Assembly: GCA_965204905.1 (NCBI GenBank)
Contig: OZ242042.1
Location: 1,538,778 to 1,602,777, forward strand
From: Dehalococcoidia bacterium
GTDB taxonomy: Bacteria > Chloroflexota > Dehalococcoidia > Lucifugimonadales > UBA3495
Direction of reading: 5' to 3'
Length of the DNA: 64,000 bases
Below, piece after piece: positions 55,691 through 64,000 of this stretch (position 1 is the first letter of the stretch; every line of letters begins with the position of its first letter). A program made the position numbers and the translations under genes. The notes under the pieces are model-generated. The model was not told the DNA's origin. It worked only from the letters and a program-made list of their open reading frames with translations, and ran no database searches.

Positions 55691-57009
55691 TATTCGTACA
55701 CCTCACGGAACCGGGCGACGAGGAACTGGCTCAGCAAGTTCATCAACAGGGTGATGACAAACAGGGTGATGCCGACGGCGAACAGGGCCTGGAATTGGGC
55801 GGTGCCCGGGATGGCGTTGTCGCTGAAGTTGGTGGTGGCCATGAAGCCGGTCATGGTGTTGACCGGGTCGAGAGGGTTGAAGGTGAGTTTTTCGTTCTGG
55901 CCGGCGGCGATGAAGACGATCATGGTTTCGCCTACGGCGCGGGACATGCCCAGGATGAAGGCGGCGACGATGCCGGACAGGGCGGCAGGAACCACCACCC
56001 TGGTGGCGACTTCCACCTTGGTCGCGCCGAGAGCGTAAGCGCCTTCACGCAGGGAGATGGGAACGGCCCGCATGGCGTCTTCGCTGAGGCTGGAGACCAT
56101 TGGGATAATCATCACGCCCATCACGATGGCGGCGGACAGGGCGTTGAAGATGCCCACGTCGTCGCTGACGGTGCGGAGCAGCGGGGTTATGAAGAAGAGG
56201 GCGAAGAACCCGTACACGACGGTTGGGACGCCGGCCAAGACTTCCAGTATTGGCTTGGTGATGGCACGCAGCCTGGGGTGAGCGTACTCGCTGAGGAAGA
56301 TGGCGCTCAGGAGGCCGAGGGGCACGGCGACCAGCATGGCCAGAACGGCGATCATCATGGTGCCGACGAGGAGGGGCCAAATTCCGTAGGAGCGAGGCAC
56401 CAGCAGGGTGCGCCACTTGGTATCGGTGAGGTACCGGTACCAGCGGACCTTTTCGGGAACCTGGAAGGACCCGGTTTCCAGGGCGACTCCCTTGCCCGCC
56501 CCGGCGATTGCGGCGACCGAGACCTTGTACGAACGGCCAAGCCCGGCGTTGGAGATAACGCATGAGGTGCGATCCGCCGAGAGATTGGCGCAGTCGCTCA
56601 AGTCCAGGCCCAGGTTGGGAATGATGGCTACGTCGTAAGAGGTCGGAGCCATACCGACGATTGGCGCATCCCAGTTGACGAATATCAGGGCGTCAGTGGT
56701 TGCGCGCACGGCTACTCTGGGCACGGTGCCGGGGGCGAGGGTAGTAGGCGCTGGTTCAGCGCCGGTGAATCCGGCCGCTTCGCTGGTCACTTCAAGCTCG
56801 CTGTGCTTTTCCTGGTAGAAGTCGGAAGTGAAGAACTGGATGCCCTCGAAGAGCAGTACGGAGACGATGCCGACGGTGGTGAGGACGGAAATGGTCGCCA
56901 AAAGAAAAAGCACCCACTTGACGATACGTTCAAGTAGGTACTTGCTGCCGCTGGCGGATAGCGGTTTTTCGACAACCGGGGTTTTGGTCACTCCCGGTTT
57001 CGCGCGCAT
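55690..57009 (-). CDS. pstC: Phosphate ABC transporter permease PstC with a large insertion in the first periplasmic loop
   Basis: ORF 55690..57087 (GTG); ATG 57009 preferred but neither start has a clear SD. EAA-loop REGAYALGATKVEVATRVVVPAALSGIVAA. An extra segment of about 125 aa follows TM1. Confidence 0.85.
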   Translation of the reverse strand: MRAKPGVTKTPVVEKPLSASGSKYLLERIVKWVLFLLATISVLTTVGIVSVLLFEGIQFFTSDFYQEKHSELEVTSEAAGFTGAEPAPTTLAPGTVPRVAVRATTDALIFVNWDAPIVGMAPTSYDVAIIPNLGLDLSDCANLSADRTSCVISNAGLGRSYKVSVAAIAGAGKGVALETGSFQVPEKVRWYRYLTDTKWRTLLVPRSYGIWPLLVGTMMIAVLAMLVAVPLGLLSAIFLSEYAHPRLRAITKPILEVLAGVPTVVYGFFALFFITPLLRTVSDDVGIFNALSAAIVMGVMIIPMVSSLSEDAMRAVPISLREGAYALGATKVEVATRVVVPAALSGIVAAFILGMSRAVGETMIVFIAAGQNEKLTFNPLDPVNTMTGFMATTNFSDNAIPGTAQFQALFAVGITLFVITLLMNLLSQFLVARFREVYE

Positions 57010-57110
57010 AATTTTATCGAAGAGCAAAACGGGCCGCCTTCCAACGTGGCGAGGGCTACTTTCGGGGTCGGGTTCGATTCCAGCCACTGCGTATGCCGTT
57101 TGACAATACT

Positions 57111-57139
57111 ATAATAAGCCGGCCGGTTGGTTTCGGCAA
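57111..57139 (-). promoter_or_regulatory. Candidate promoter (TTGCCG-17 nt-TATTAT) for pstCAB-phoU
   Basis: On the reverse strand, TTGCCG lies at 57139-57134 and TATTAT at 57116-57111. I could not recognise a Pho box. An overlapping plus-strand TATAAT (57110-57115) may serve the divergent LLM gene. Confidence 0.35.
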
Positions 57140-57223
57140 CCTGCAAGTTTCAAATAAACCAGATAGCGACGCCGGATAATTGCCGTCGCCCGACGGCGTA
57201 TCCGGGGCGAACAGGGGTAAGAA

Positions 57224-58261
57224 TTGAGCGAGAAACTGCAATTGAGCGTGGTTGACCAGTCGCCGATGCGGGAGGGCAGCAACTCCGGCACGGCGTTGAG
57301 GGAGACCATCGAGCTGGCCGTGGCGACCGAGAAGCTGGGCTACGAACGGTACTGGGTGGCCGAACACCACAACCTGCCCAACTTCGCCGGCACCGCGCCG
57401 GAGGTGATGGTGGGGCAGATCGCGGCCCACACCAAGCGGATACGGGTGGGTTCGGGCGGCGTTATGCTGCCGCATTACAGCGCCTTGAAGGTAGCCGAGA
57501 CGTTCCGAATCCTGGACTCGCTGTACCCGGACCGGATCGACCTGGGGATTGGCCGGGCGCCGGGCAGCGACCAGATCACGGCGGCGGCGCTGGCGTATCC
57601 CAGCATGCCCAAGGACGTGCGGCATTTTCCGCAGCAGGTGCGGGACGTGATCAACTACCTGGAGGATACGCAGCCGGACGACCATCCATTCCACGAGGTG
57701 ATGGCGTCGCCGGACGAGGGCACGGACACGGCGCCCCAGGTGTGGCTGCTGGGGTCGCGGTACGAATCGGCGTTCATGGCGGCCAAGATGGGGCTGCCCT
57801 TCGCGTATGCTCACTTCTTCGGGATGGGCGCGACCGACGGGCCGCAGATCGTGGAATCTTACCGGCAGAACTTTGAGGCGTCGGAGCACCTGTCGGAGCC
57901 GCTGGTGAACGTGGGCGTGCAGGTGCTGTGCGCGGACACCGAGGAGGAGGCGCTGCGGATTGCGTCCAGCCGAAATTTGGGGCGTTTGCGTTCGGTAACC
58001 GGGCGGGCTAAGGGTATCCCATCACCGGAGTTGGCGGCGAATTACAAGTACCTGGCCAACGAGTGGCAGTTCATCCAGCAGTACATGCGGAACTGCGTGG
58101 ACGGCGACCCGGAACAGGTGAAGGAGGGGTTGGAAAAGGTGGCGGAAGACTACCAGACGCGGGACCTGAGCGTGGTGACCATCTGCTACCACTTTGCAGA
58201 CCGGTTGCGCTCTTATGAGTTGGTGGCGGAGGTATGCGGGCTGGAGCCGATAGGGGAGTAG
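57224..58261 (+). CDS. LLM-class flavin-dependent oxidoreductase (YhbW/MsnO8-like subgroup)
   Basis: ORF track 345 aa, TTG start. LSVVDQSPMREG...GYERYWVAEHHN...GSGGVMLPHYSALKVAE...DLGIGRAPG. Confidence 0.88.
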   Translation: MSEKLQLSVVDQSPMREGSNSGTALRETIELAVATEKLGYERYWVAEHHNLPNFAGTAPEVMVGQIAAHTKRIRVGSGGVMLPHYSALKVAETFRILDSLYPDRIDLGIGRAPGSDQITAAALAYPSMPKDVRHFPQQVRDVINYLEDTQPDDHPFHEVMASPDEGTDTAPQVWLLGSRYESAFMAAKMGLPFAYAHFFGMGATDGPQIVESYRQNFEASEHLSEPLVNVGVQVLCADTEEEALRIASSRNLGRLRSVTGRAKGIPSPELAANYKYLANEWQFIQQYMRNCVDGDPEQVKEGLEKVAEDYQTRDLSVVTICYHFADRLRSYELVAEVCGLEPIGE

Positions 58262-58286
58262 GGGCAGGTTTCAAACCTGCCCCTAC
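58258..58286. repeat. 29-nt palindrome GTAGGGGCAGGTTTCAAACCTGCCCCTAC
   Basis: Self-complementary. Overlaps the TAG stop (58259-58261) of the LLM gene. A related copy lies at 62034. Confidence 0.85.
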
Positions 58287-58298
58287 GTCATGATTTCG

Positions 58299-58333
58299 CC
58301 CTCACCCTACCCTCTCCCATCAAGGGAGAAGGG
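58299..58333. repeat. Pyrimidine/purine hairpin element CCCTCACCCTACCCTCTCCC-atcaa-GGGAGAAGGG
   Basis: Read directly. Second structured element in the 76-nt gap between the convergent LLM and HAD genes. Confidence 0.55.
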
Positions 58334-58337
58334 ATTT

Positions 58338-59063
58338 CTATGCGCCGAGCTTGGCGGCGAGGTCAACGAAGTTTTCGGCTACTACGTTGAAGGATGGGTC
58401 AGGGGTGGGATCCGGCGTGCGGTCAGGACCGTGTTCGCGCGGGCGCGGGACGAAGGCAGTGCGCAGGCCGACTTTGGCGGAGGCCAACAGGTCGCCCTGG
58501 TGGGCAGCAACCATCATCACCTGCTCGGCTTTGAGGCCGAGGAGTTTGACGGCGGTGCCGTAGCTTTCCGGGTCGGGCTTGTAGTGCTGCGCGACCTCGG
58601 CTCCAAGAACGCAGTCCCAGGGCATACCGCCGTTTTTGGCCATGTTGGTCATCAGGGCGATGTTGCCGTTGGACATGGGGGAGATGACGAACTTGTTCTT
58701 GAGGCGGTAGAGGCCGGGAACGCTGTCGGCCCAGGGCCGGAGGTTGTGCCAGAAGTAGGTGACCTCCATCTTCTCGTCGTCGCTGAAGCCGCTGATCTCG
58801 AATTCGTCGAGAACTTCGTCCAGGGACATGCGGTGCAAAGCGTCCAGGTTGGTCCAGGGGAGTTCTCCGCTGCGCACCTTGTCCATGTAGGGACGATACT
58901 TGCCGCGCCAGGTGTCGGCGAAAGCACCCCAGTCGCGCTCGATGCCCTTGATGCGGCCCATGTTGGCACACTGTTCGGTAATGCTGGAACGCCAATCGAC
59001 GACGGTGCCGAAGACGTCGAAAATGCAGGCCCGGACGTCCAGGCCCAGAGCTGAGTCGGCCAT
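58338..59063 (-). CDS. Haloacid dehalogenase type II (HAD superfamily)
   Basis: ORF track 241 aa. FDVFGTVVDW (DxxGT nucleophile motif), ISPMSNGN, and AHQGDLLASAKVGLRTAFV. Confidence 0.85.
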   Translation of the reverse strand: MADSALGLDVRACIFDVFGTVVDWRSSITEQCANMGRIKGIERDWGAFADTWRGKYRPYMDKVRSGELPWTNLDALHRMSLDEVLDEFEISGFSDDEKMEVTYFWHNLRPWADSVPGLYRLKNKFVISPMSNGNIALMTNMAKNGGMPWDCVLGAEVAQHYKPDPESYGTAVKLLGLKAEQVMMVAAHQGDLLASAKVGLRTAFVPRPREHGPDRTPDPTPDPSFNVVAENFVDLAAKLGA

Positions 59064-59120
59064 GTTCAGATTCTCCTTAGCGTATGGATGACGCCGGGTA
59101 TCGTAGCATACGAGTTTGCG

Positions 59121-59858
59121 CTACTTGCCGGCGATGTTGAGCAGGATTGCGACCAGTTGGTCGGGTTCTGTGATCATCGGGTCGTGGCCGGTGTCGATGT
59201 GGTTGACCCCCCAGCCGCTGGCGGCGGCGTGTTCGGCCACCGATTCAAACCCGGATTCGCTGCACAGGATGAACTCCCGGCGGATGCCGGCGGCTTCGGC
59301 GCGGCCGGTGCGTACGGGCTGGGCAAAGGTCAAGGTGGGCTGCGGCGAGAGCCTGGGCAGGACAAACGCCTGGTCGGCCGGGTCGGTGATGGCCCAACGC
59401 TGGGCGATTTCCGGGGCGGTCGTCGGTTGGGCCATGAACGGCTCGCCGTCAGCGATGTATTGCTGAATACGGGCGACGAACTCGGGGCCGCGTACGGCGG
59501 CCAACTGATCGATCATCGCCTCGCCGTTGGCCGGGGCGACGCCGTTGACATAAACCAGCGCGGCGATGCGTTCCGGGAGCAGTTCCGAGACGCCGGTGAT
59601 GACCATGCCGGCGTAGGCGTGGCCGACCAGAATCACATCGGCAAGGTCTTTGGAGTCCAGCAGTTGCACGATGTCCCGGATGTGGAGGTCCAGGTTCAGG
59701 ACGGCTGGCGGGATCAGGCGGGCCAGGTGCTCGCGGTCGCCCAGGCCGGTGAGGCTGGGTGTGTGGACGAGGTGGCCGGCGTCGCGGAGCAGCGGCGCGG
59801 TTTTCCACCAGCACCAGCCGCCGTGCCACGCGCCGTGAACGAGGACGAAAGTTGTCAT
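59121..59858 (-). CDS. Alpha/beta hydrolase fold protein with Ala at the nucleophile position (GHAYAG)
   Basis: ORF track 245 aa. FVLVHGAWHGGWCW...ILVGHAYAGMVITG. The GCC codon is confirmed on the reverse strand. Confidence 0.8.
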   Translation of the reverse strand: MTTFVLVHGAWHGGWCWWKTAPLLRDAGHLVHTPSLTGLGDREHLARLIPPAVLNLDLHIRDIVQLLDSKDLADVILVGHAYAGMVITGVSELLPERIAALVYVNGVAPANGEAMIDQLAAVRGPEFVARIQQYIADGEPFMAQPTTAPEIAQRWAITDPADQAFVLPRLSPQPTLTFAQPVRTGRAEAAGIRREFILCSESGFESVAEHAAASGWGVNHIDTGHDPMITEPDQLVAILLNIAGK

Positions 59859-59868
59859 ATCGGGTGGC

Positions 59869-60957
59869 CTACATCACGACGACGGAGCGGAGGACTTCGC
59901 CGCGGCCCATACTGGCGAAGGCTTCCTCCACGTCGCCGATGCCGATGCGTTCGCTGACAAAAGCGTCCAGGTCGAGACGGCCCTGCATGTATAGGTCGAT
60001 GAGCATGGGAAAGTCGCGGGTGGGCAGGCAGTCGCCGTACCACGAGGATTTGAGCGAGCCGCCGCGTCCGAACACTTCGATGAGGGGCAGCTCGATCTTC
60101 ATGGTGGGATCGGGCACGCCGACCAGGACGACGGTTCCGGCCAGGTCACGGGCGTAGAAAGCCTGCTCGTAGGTGGCCGGGTTGCCGACGGCTTCGATGG
60201 CGACGTTGACGCCGTTGCCGTCGGTGAGCGCACGGATGGCCTCGACGGCATCGGTCTCGGTGGAGTTGACGGTGTGGGTCGCGCCGAAGCCCTTGGCCCA
60301 TTCCAGCTTGCGGTCGTCGATGTCCACGGCGATGATGGTGTGGGCGCCGGCGAGTCGGGAGCCGGCAACGGCGGCGTTGCCCACGCCTCCGCAGCCGATG
60401 ACGGCGACGGAATCGCCGCGGCTGACGCCTCCGGTGTTCAGGGCGGCTCCCAAGCCGGCCATGACGCCGCAGCCGATGAGGCCGGCGGCCAGCGGGCTGG
60501 CGGACTGGTCCACCTTGACGGCCTGCAAAGCGTCCACCAGCGTGAGTTCGCAGAACGCGCCGATGCCCAGGGCCGGGGATAGCGGCGAGCCGTCGGGCAG
60601 GGTCATTTTCTGCTGGGCGTTGCGGCTGGCGAAGCAGTACCAGGGGCGGCCGCGGAAGCAGGAACGGCAGTTGCCGCAGGGGGCGCGCCAGGCGAGAATC
60701 ACGAAGTCGCCGGGCTGCACGTTAGTTACGCCGTCGCCGATTTTTTCGACGACTCCCGCCGCCTCATGGCCCAGCAGGAAGGGGAATTCGTCGTTGATTG
60801 CGCCCTCGCGGTAGTGGAGGTCGGTGTGGCAAACGCCGCAAGCCTGGACGCGCACGAGAGCCTCGCCCTCGCCGGGGTCGGGCACGTGGATGGTGACCAG
60901 TTCGACGCCCGCGCCTTTCGACCGTGAGATGACACCTTGAACTTCGTTGACCGCCAT
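59869..60957 (-). CDS. Zinc-dependent alcohol dehydrogenase (class III / NDMA-dependent-like)
   Basis: ORF 59869..61002 trimmed to ATG 60957 (GGAGGG upstream). [28 protein letters not shown] and GCGGVG motifs. Confidence 0.9.
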   Translation of the reverse strand: MAVNEVQGVISRSKGAGVELVTIHVPDPGEGEALVRVQACGVCHTDLHYREGAINDEFPFLLGHEAAGVVEKIGDGVTNVQPGDFVILAWRAPCGNCRSCFRGRPWYCFASRNAQQKMTLPDGSPLSPALGIGAFCELTLVDALQAVKVDQSASPLAAGLIGCGVMAGLGAALNTGGVSRGDSVAVIGCGGVGNAAVAGSRLAGAHTIIAVDIDDRKLEWAKGFGATHTVNSTETDAVEAIRALTDGNGVNVAIEAVGNPATYEQAFYARDLAGTVVLVGVPDPTMKIELPLIEVFGRGGSLKSSWYGDCLPTRDFPMLIDLYMQGRLDLDAFVSERIGIGDVEEAFASMGRGEVLRSVVVM

Positions 60958-61049
60958 TGATATTCCCTCCGAAATCGTCCGCCGATGGCGGGCGAATTGC
61001 AACGGCTATAATGCCTCAACCCGGCGGCATCGTCAAAAGGCGGGACAGC

Positions 61050-62021
61050 ATGACCAAGCGAGTGATAATTGATACCGACCCCGGCGTGGACGACACGGCA
61101 GCGATTCTGCTGGCGCTGGCCAGCCCGGAGTTGCAGGTGGAGGCGTTGACCATCAGCTACGGCAACGGGTCGATGGAGCAGTGCGCGGTCAACGCGCGGC
61201 ACATCCTACAGGTGGCGGGCCGGACCGATATACCAGTATATCCGGGCGCTCATGGGCCGCTGTTGCGGAAAGCCAACGAGGGCTGGGCGGCACATATTCA
61301 CGGTGGAGATGCGTTGGGAGACTCGGCGGCGGGCGATTTGCGGGGTTCCGATACTGGCGATTGCGTGGCGCAATACGCGGCGGTGGAGATTGCGCGCCGA
61401 GCTTTGGCAGCGCCGGGGGAAATCACAGTGCTGGCGTTGGGGCGCATGACCAACGTGGCATTGGCGTTGCGGTTGGCGCCGGAGATTGCGGACGCCATGG
61501 CCGAGGTGGTGGTGATGGGCGGCGCGGTGCGAGTGCCAGGCAACGTATCGCCGGTGGCGACGGCGAACATCCACGAGGACCCGGAATCAGCGGCGATCCT
61601 GTACGACTCTGGTGTAGGCATCGCGCAGGTGGGGCTGGACGTTTGCGACCATTGCGGGTTTTCGGACGAGCAGTTCGCGCGTCTGGAGTCATGCTCTGCC
61701 CCTGCGGTGCGGCTGCTGGTGTCGGCGTCAGAGTACACGCGGGCGGCGTACCGGAGGCTGGGCCGGCTGGCCGAAGGCGAGGCGGTGCGGTACAACGACG
61801 TGCCGGCGGTGGCGTATGCGGTGCACCCGACGCTGATGGAGACAGGACGGCTGGCGGTGGCAGTGGATACGGACAGCGACTTGACGCGGGGTCAAACAGT
61901 GGTGGACTGGTACGGCATGACGGGACGGGAGGCGAATGTTGACGTGTGCCTGGGGGTGGATGCGGAGCGTCTGACGGATCTGGTAGTTGACCGATTAGTC
62001 AGCCACCCGTGGCCGACGTGA
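61050..62021 (+). CDS. Nucleoside hydrolase (IUNH family)
   Basis: ORF 60957..62021 trimmed to ATG 61050. VIIDTDPGVDDTAAILLAL (DxDxxxDD calcium/ribose motif). Confidence 0.88.
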   Translation: MTKRVIIDTDPGVDDTAAILLALASPELQVEALTISYGNGSMEQCAVNARHILQVAGRTDIPVYPGAHGPLLRKANEGWAAHIHGGDALGDSAAGDLRGSDTGDCVAQYAAVEIARRALAAPGEITVLALGRMTNVALALRLAPEIADAMAEVVVMGGAVRVPGNVSPVATANIHEDPESAAILYDSGVGIAQVGLDVCDHCGFSDEQFARLESCSAPAVRLLVSASEYTRAAYRRLGRLAEGEAVRYNDVPAVAYAVHPTLMETGRLAVAVDTDSDLTRGQTVVDWYGMTGREANVDVCLGVDAERLTDLVVDRLVSHPWPT

Positions 62022-62033
62022 TTCACGAAAAGC

Positions 62034-62063
62034 GCGGGGGGCGGGTTTCAAACCCGCCCCTAC
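62034..62063. repeat. Palindromic element GCGGGGGGCGGGTTTCAAACCCGCCCCTAC (variant of the 58258 element)
   Basis: Core GGGGCGGGTTTCAAACCCGCCCC is self-complementary. Lies between the convergent nucleoside hydrolase and peroxiredoxin genes. Confidence 0.75.
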
Positions 62064-62085
62064 ATTTAGGCCGTAGTGAGGGCGA

Positions 62086-62559
62086 TCAACTGAGGGCGGC
62101 GACTGCGGCGCGCACCTCGTCGTAGTCCGGCTCGTTGGCGGGTGATTCGGATACCCAGTGGTAGCGGACGATGCCCTCGCCGTCAACGATGGTAACGGCG
62201 CGTTTGGCGGCAACGTACCCCTGCATTCCGGCGAGACCGGGCAGGGCCACATCGTAGGCGTTGACTACCTCGCGGTTGTAGTCGCTGAGGAAGGTGTATT
62301 CCACATTGTTGGCGGCTTTCCAGGCGGCTTGGGCGAAGGGCGGGTCAACGGTGATGCCGAGCACGACGGCGTTCAGGCCGTTGAAATCGTCGATCCGGTC
62401 TCGGAAGGCGCACATCTCGGTGGTGCAGACGCCGGTGAAAGCTCCGGGAAAGAAGGCGATTACGACGTTCTTGCCGCGGTAGTCGCTAAGGCTGTGCTGC
62501 GTGGCGGGATTTTCGTGGAGAGTGAAGTCGGGAGCGGACTGTCCTACGGTGATGGCCAT
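62086..62559 (-). CDS. Peroxiredoxin (AhpC/TSA-redoxin family)
   Basis: ORF track 157 aa. FFPGAFTGVCTTEMC contains the peroxidatic Cys motif. Confidence 0.88.
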   Translation of the reverse strand: MAITVGQSAPDFTLHENPATQHSLSDYRGKNVVIAFFPGAFTGVCTTEMCAFRDRIDDFNGLNAVVLGITVDPPFAQAAWKAANNVEYTFLSDYNREVVNAYDVALPGLAGMQGYVAAKRAVTIVDGEGIVRYHWVSESPANEPDYDEVRAAVAALS

Positions 62560-62805
62560 GTTGAAACCTCTGGTGGGCGCTGATTGGGCTGGTTGATAAG
62601 CAGTCGATCAGACTTGAAAACGACGGTCGTTATCTTATCACACCGGCCGGCAGCGGCGAGCCAGCGATTGGATCGTATAACTGCAACAGGTTCAAACGAC
62701 AGCGCGCGCCGCTCAAATTGAGACGCTATCATGAACGCAGCAGCAGCGATACTGAGGCGGATGTGGTACATTGCGGCCCGAAAACCGCGCCGGCGGCGGA
62801 GCAAG

Positions 62806-64000
62806 ATGACGGACCCGAGTCAACGAGCGGCGGGTCTGCCGCTAATCAACAAGCTATTCTTCACGGCCGACCACATTGGTCTGCAGGCCGTTTCGTACTT
62901 TCGGCAGCAGTGGGTTTTATTTTTCCTTGCTCCCCCGGCCCTTGAGGGCGCGACGCGGGTTCCCGACGTTGCCGTAGTTGGCTTCGACATCGACGCCCGG
63001 GTGCTCGCGGGGGTGTTAATCTTCCTGGGGCGTTTCGTTGACGCCTTCACCGACCCGTTAATCGGGTGGTGGAGCGACCGCACGCGGAGCCGGTGGGGAC
63101 GGCGCATCCCGTTCATCCTGTTCGCCACGCCGTTTTATGCTGTATTCGGAGCATTGATCTGGTTCCTGCCGGTGGAGGGGAGCAGCTGGTGGAACGTAGT
63201 GTATTTCGTGCTGATGCTGGAGCTGTTTTTCGTCGCGACTACGATGTCCAGCGGCGCGCTGGAAGCGTTGGTGCCCGAGCTGACCAGGACCGCGCGCGAC
63301 CGCATGAACGTGGTGTGCCTGATTTTTCTGTATGCCGTGGTTGGGGCCGGCCTGGGACTGGTGGCCGGCGGATTCATCAAAGACGCCTTCGGATTTCAGG
63401 TTGCGGGCGCCATTTTCGCTGCGGTGGCGCTGGTATTCCGCTACCTGTCGCTGCGGGCAGTGTGGAACCGCGCGCCCAGGGACATAGCGCCGGCGGAGGT
63501 ACACTTCTGGGGAGGGATCAAGGACACTTTACGCAACTCGCAGTTCATTGCCTTTCTGCCGACCTTTGTGATGTTCACCACCGGGGTCGGAATTTTGCAG
63601 GGATGGGTGCCGTTCTTCGCGGTAGGTGTGCTGCTGCAAGAGCGGGACGGCGCGGCCACGAGTTTCCTGTCCATGAGCGTTATCGCCGGGGTAGTGGTAG
63701 CCGGCATCGCCATCTGGATGCTGTTTGCCGCCGGCCGGATCACCAAGCGTCGGATTTATGGGGTATGCCTAGTGACCAGCGGACTGCTGTTCCCGCTGAT
63801 TGGACTCGTCGGACTGGTGACTAGCGGCAGCTTGTTGCTACAGGGATTTGCCGTCATGTTCATTGCCGGAATGCCCATGGCGGCAGTGTTCCTGCTGCCC
63901 AAAGGGCTGACTGCCGACATCGCGGACTACGACGCTCTGTTGAGAGGCGAGCGACGCGAGGCGATGTTCTACGCGACGCAGAACTTCTTTGAGAAGATCA
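62806..64000 (+). CDS. MFS transporter, glycoside-pentoside-hexuronide (GPH):cation symporter-like; C-terminus beyond the window
   Basis: Not in ORF track (open to the window end). My translation reads MTDPSQRAAGLPLINKLFFTADHIGLQAVSYF...GRFVDAFTDPLIGWWSDRTRSRWGRRIPFIL..., the GPH/MelB-type D-x-x-G-x-x-S-D-R-T-x-x-x-G-R-R motif. In-frame alternative ATGs at 62731 and 62761. Confidence 0.8.
   Translation, partial: MTDPSQRAAGLPLINKLFFTADHIGLQAVSYFRQQWVLFFLAPPALEGATRVPDVAVVGFDIDARVLAGVLIFLGRFVDAFTDPLIGWWSDRTRSRWGRRIPFILFATPFYAVFGALIWFLPVEGSSWWNVVYFVLMLELFFVATTMSSGALEALVPELTRTARDRMNVVCLIFLYAVVGAGLGLVAGGFIKDAFGFQVAGAIFAAVALVFRYLSLRAVWNRAPRDIAPAEVHFWGGIKDTLRNSQFIAFLPTFVMFTTGVGILQGWVPFFAVGVLLQERDGAATSFLSMSVIAGVVVAGIAIWMLFAAGRITKRRIYGVCLVTSGLLFPLIGLVGLVTSGSLLLQGFAVMFIAGMPMAAVFLLPKGLTADIADYDALLRGERREAMFYATQNFFEKI

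Noticed and set aside
57061-57095. tRNA T-arm-like string GGGTTCGATTCCAGCC upstream of pstC, considered as a tRNA gene or as an att-site remnant of an integrated element
   Set aside because: There is no complementary acceptor 5' strand, D-arm or anticodon arm within 90 nt upstream. The T-stem itself has a mismatch. No integrase and no matching direct repeat are present in the window

Overview
GC-rich bacterial chromosomal window, densely coded, with about 60 CDS and one RNA operon. I saw no transposase, integrase, CRISPR array or prophage.

Main content, in order:
- An unlinked 23S rRNA gene with its own promoter, followed directly by an initiator-type tRNA(CAT). There is no 16S upstream and no 5S downstream.
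- An eight-gene minus-strand catabolic cluster (three family III CoA-transferases, two LLM oxidoreductases, one ABM monooxygenase) carrying two paralogous Uma2/DUF820 nuclease genes.
- trpD-trpC-trpF-trpB without trpA, followed by a secreted HNH/DUF1524 lipoprotein.
- A minus-strand gene run DUF1501, DUF1800, NHL-repeat, glcD, glcE, glcF, convergent with a class V (glyoxylate-type) aminotransferase.
- leuB, metF, acpS, nnr and ptrB.
- A sulfite/nitrite reductase plus hemD operon behind a structured leader.
- pstC-pstA-pstB-phoU without pstS.
- Many redox and hydrolase genes.

The repeated LLM/F420, CaiB, crotonase and MmgE/PrpD paralogs resemble marine Chloroflexota (SAR202-like) genomes. That placement is inference only.

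The ORF track allows GTG/TTG starts and reports longest ORFs, so I trimmed many N-termini to starts with Shine-Dalgarno support. Many long antisense ORFs are GC artefacts.

Most interesting observations:
- the rrl-tRNAfMet unit lacking a 5S;
- a promoter plus intrinsic-terminator leader (attenuator or riboswitch candidate) upstream of sulfite reductase;
- a locus with a JAB/MPN protease, two tandem paralogous CxxC-x16-CxxC zinc-ribbon miniproteins and a dual-specificity phosphatase;
- Uma2 nuclease paralogs bracketing a CoA-transferase inside a metabolic cluster;
- an FN3-like insertion of about 125 aa in PstC;
- a 412-nt G-rich divergent intergenic region with a G-quadruplex motif;
- several families of perfect palindromic REP-like elements sharing GTAGGGGC...GCCCCTAC ends.

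I cannot demonstrate a clear-cut novel multi-gene system from sequence alone. The candidates are ranked in the findings.
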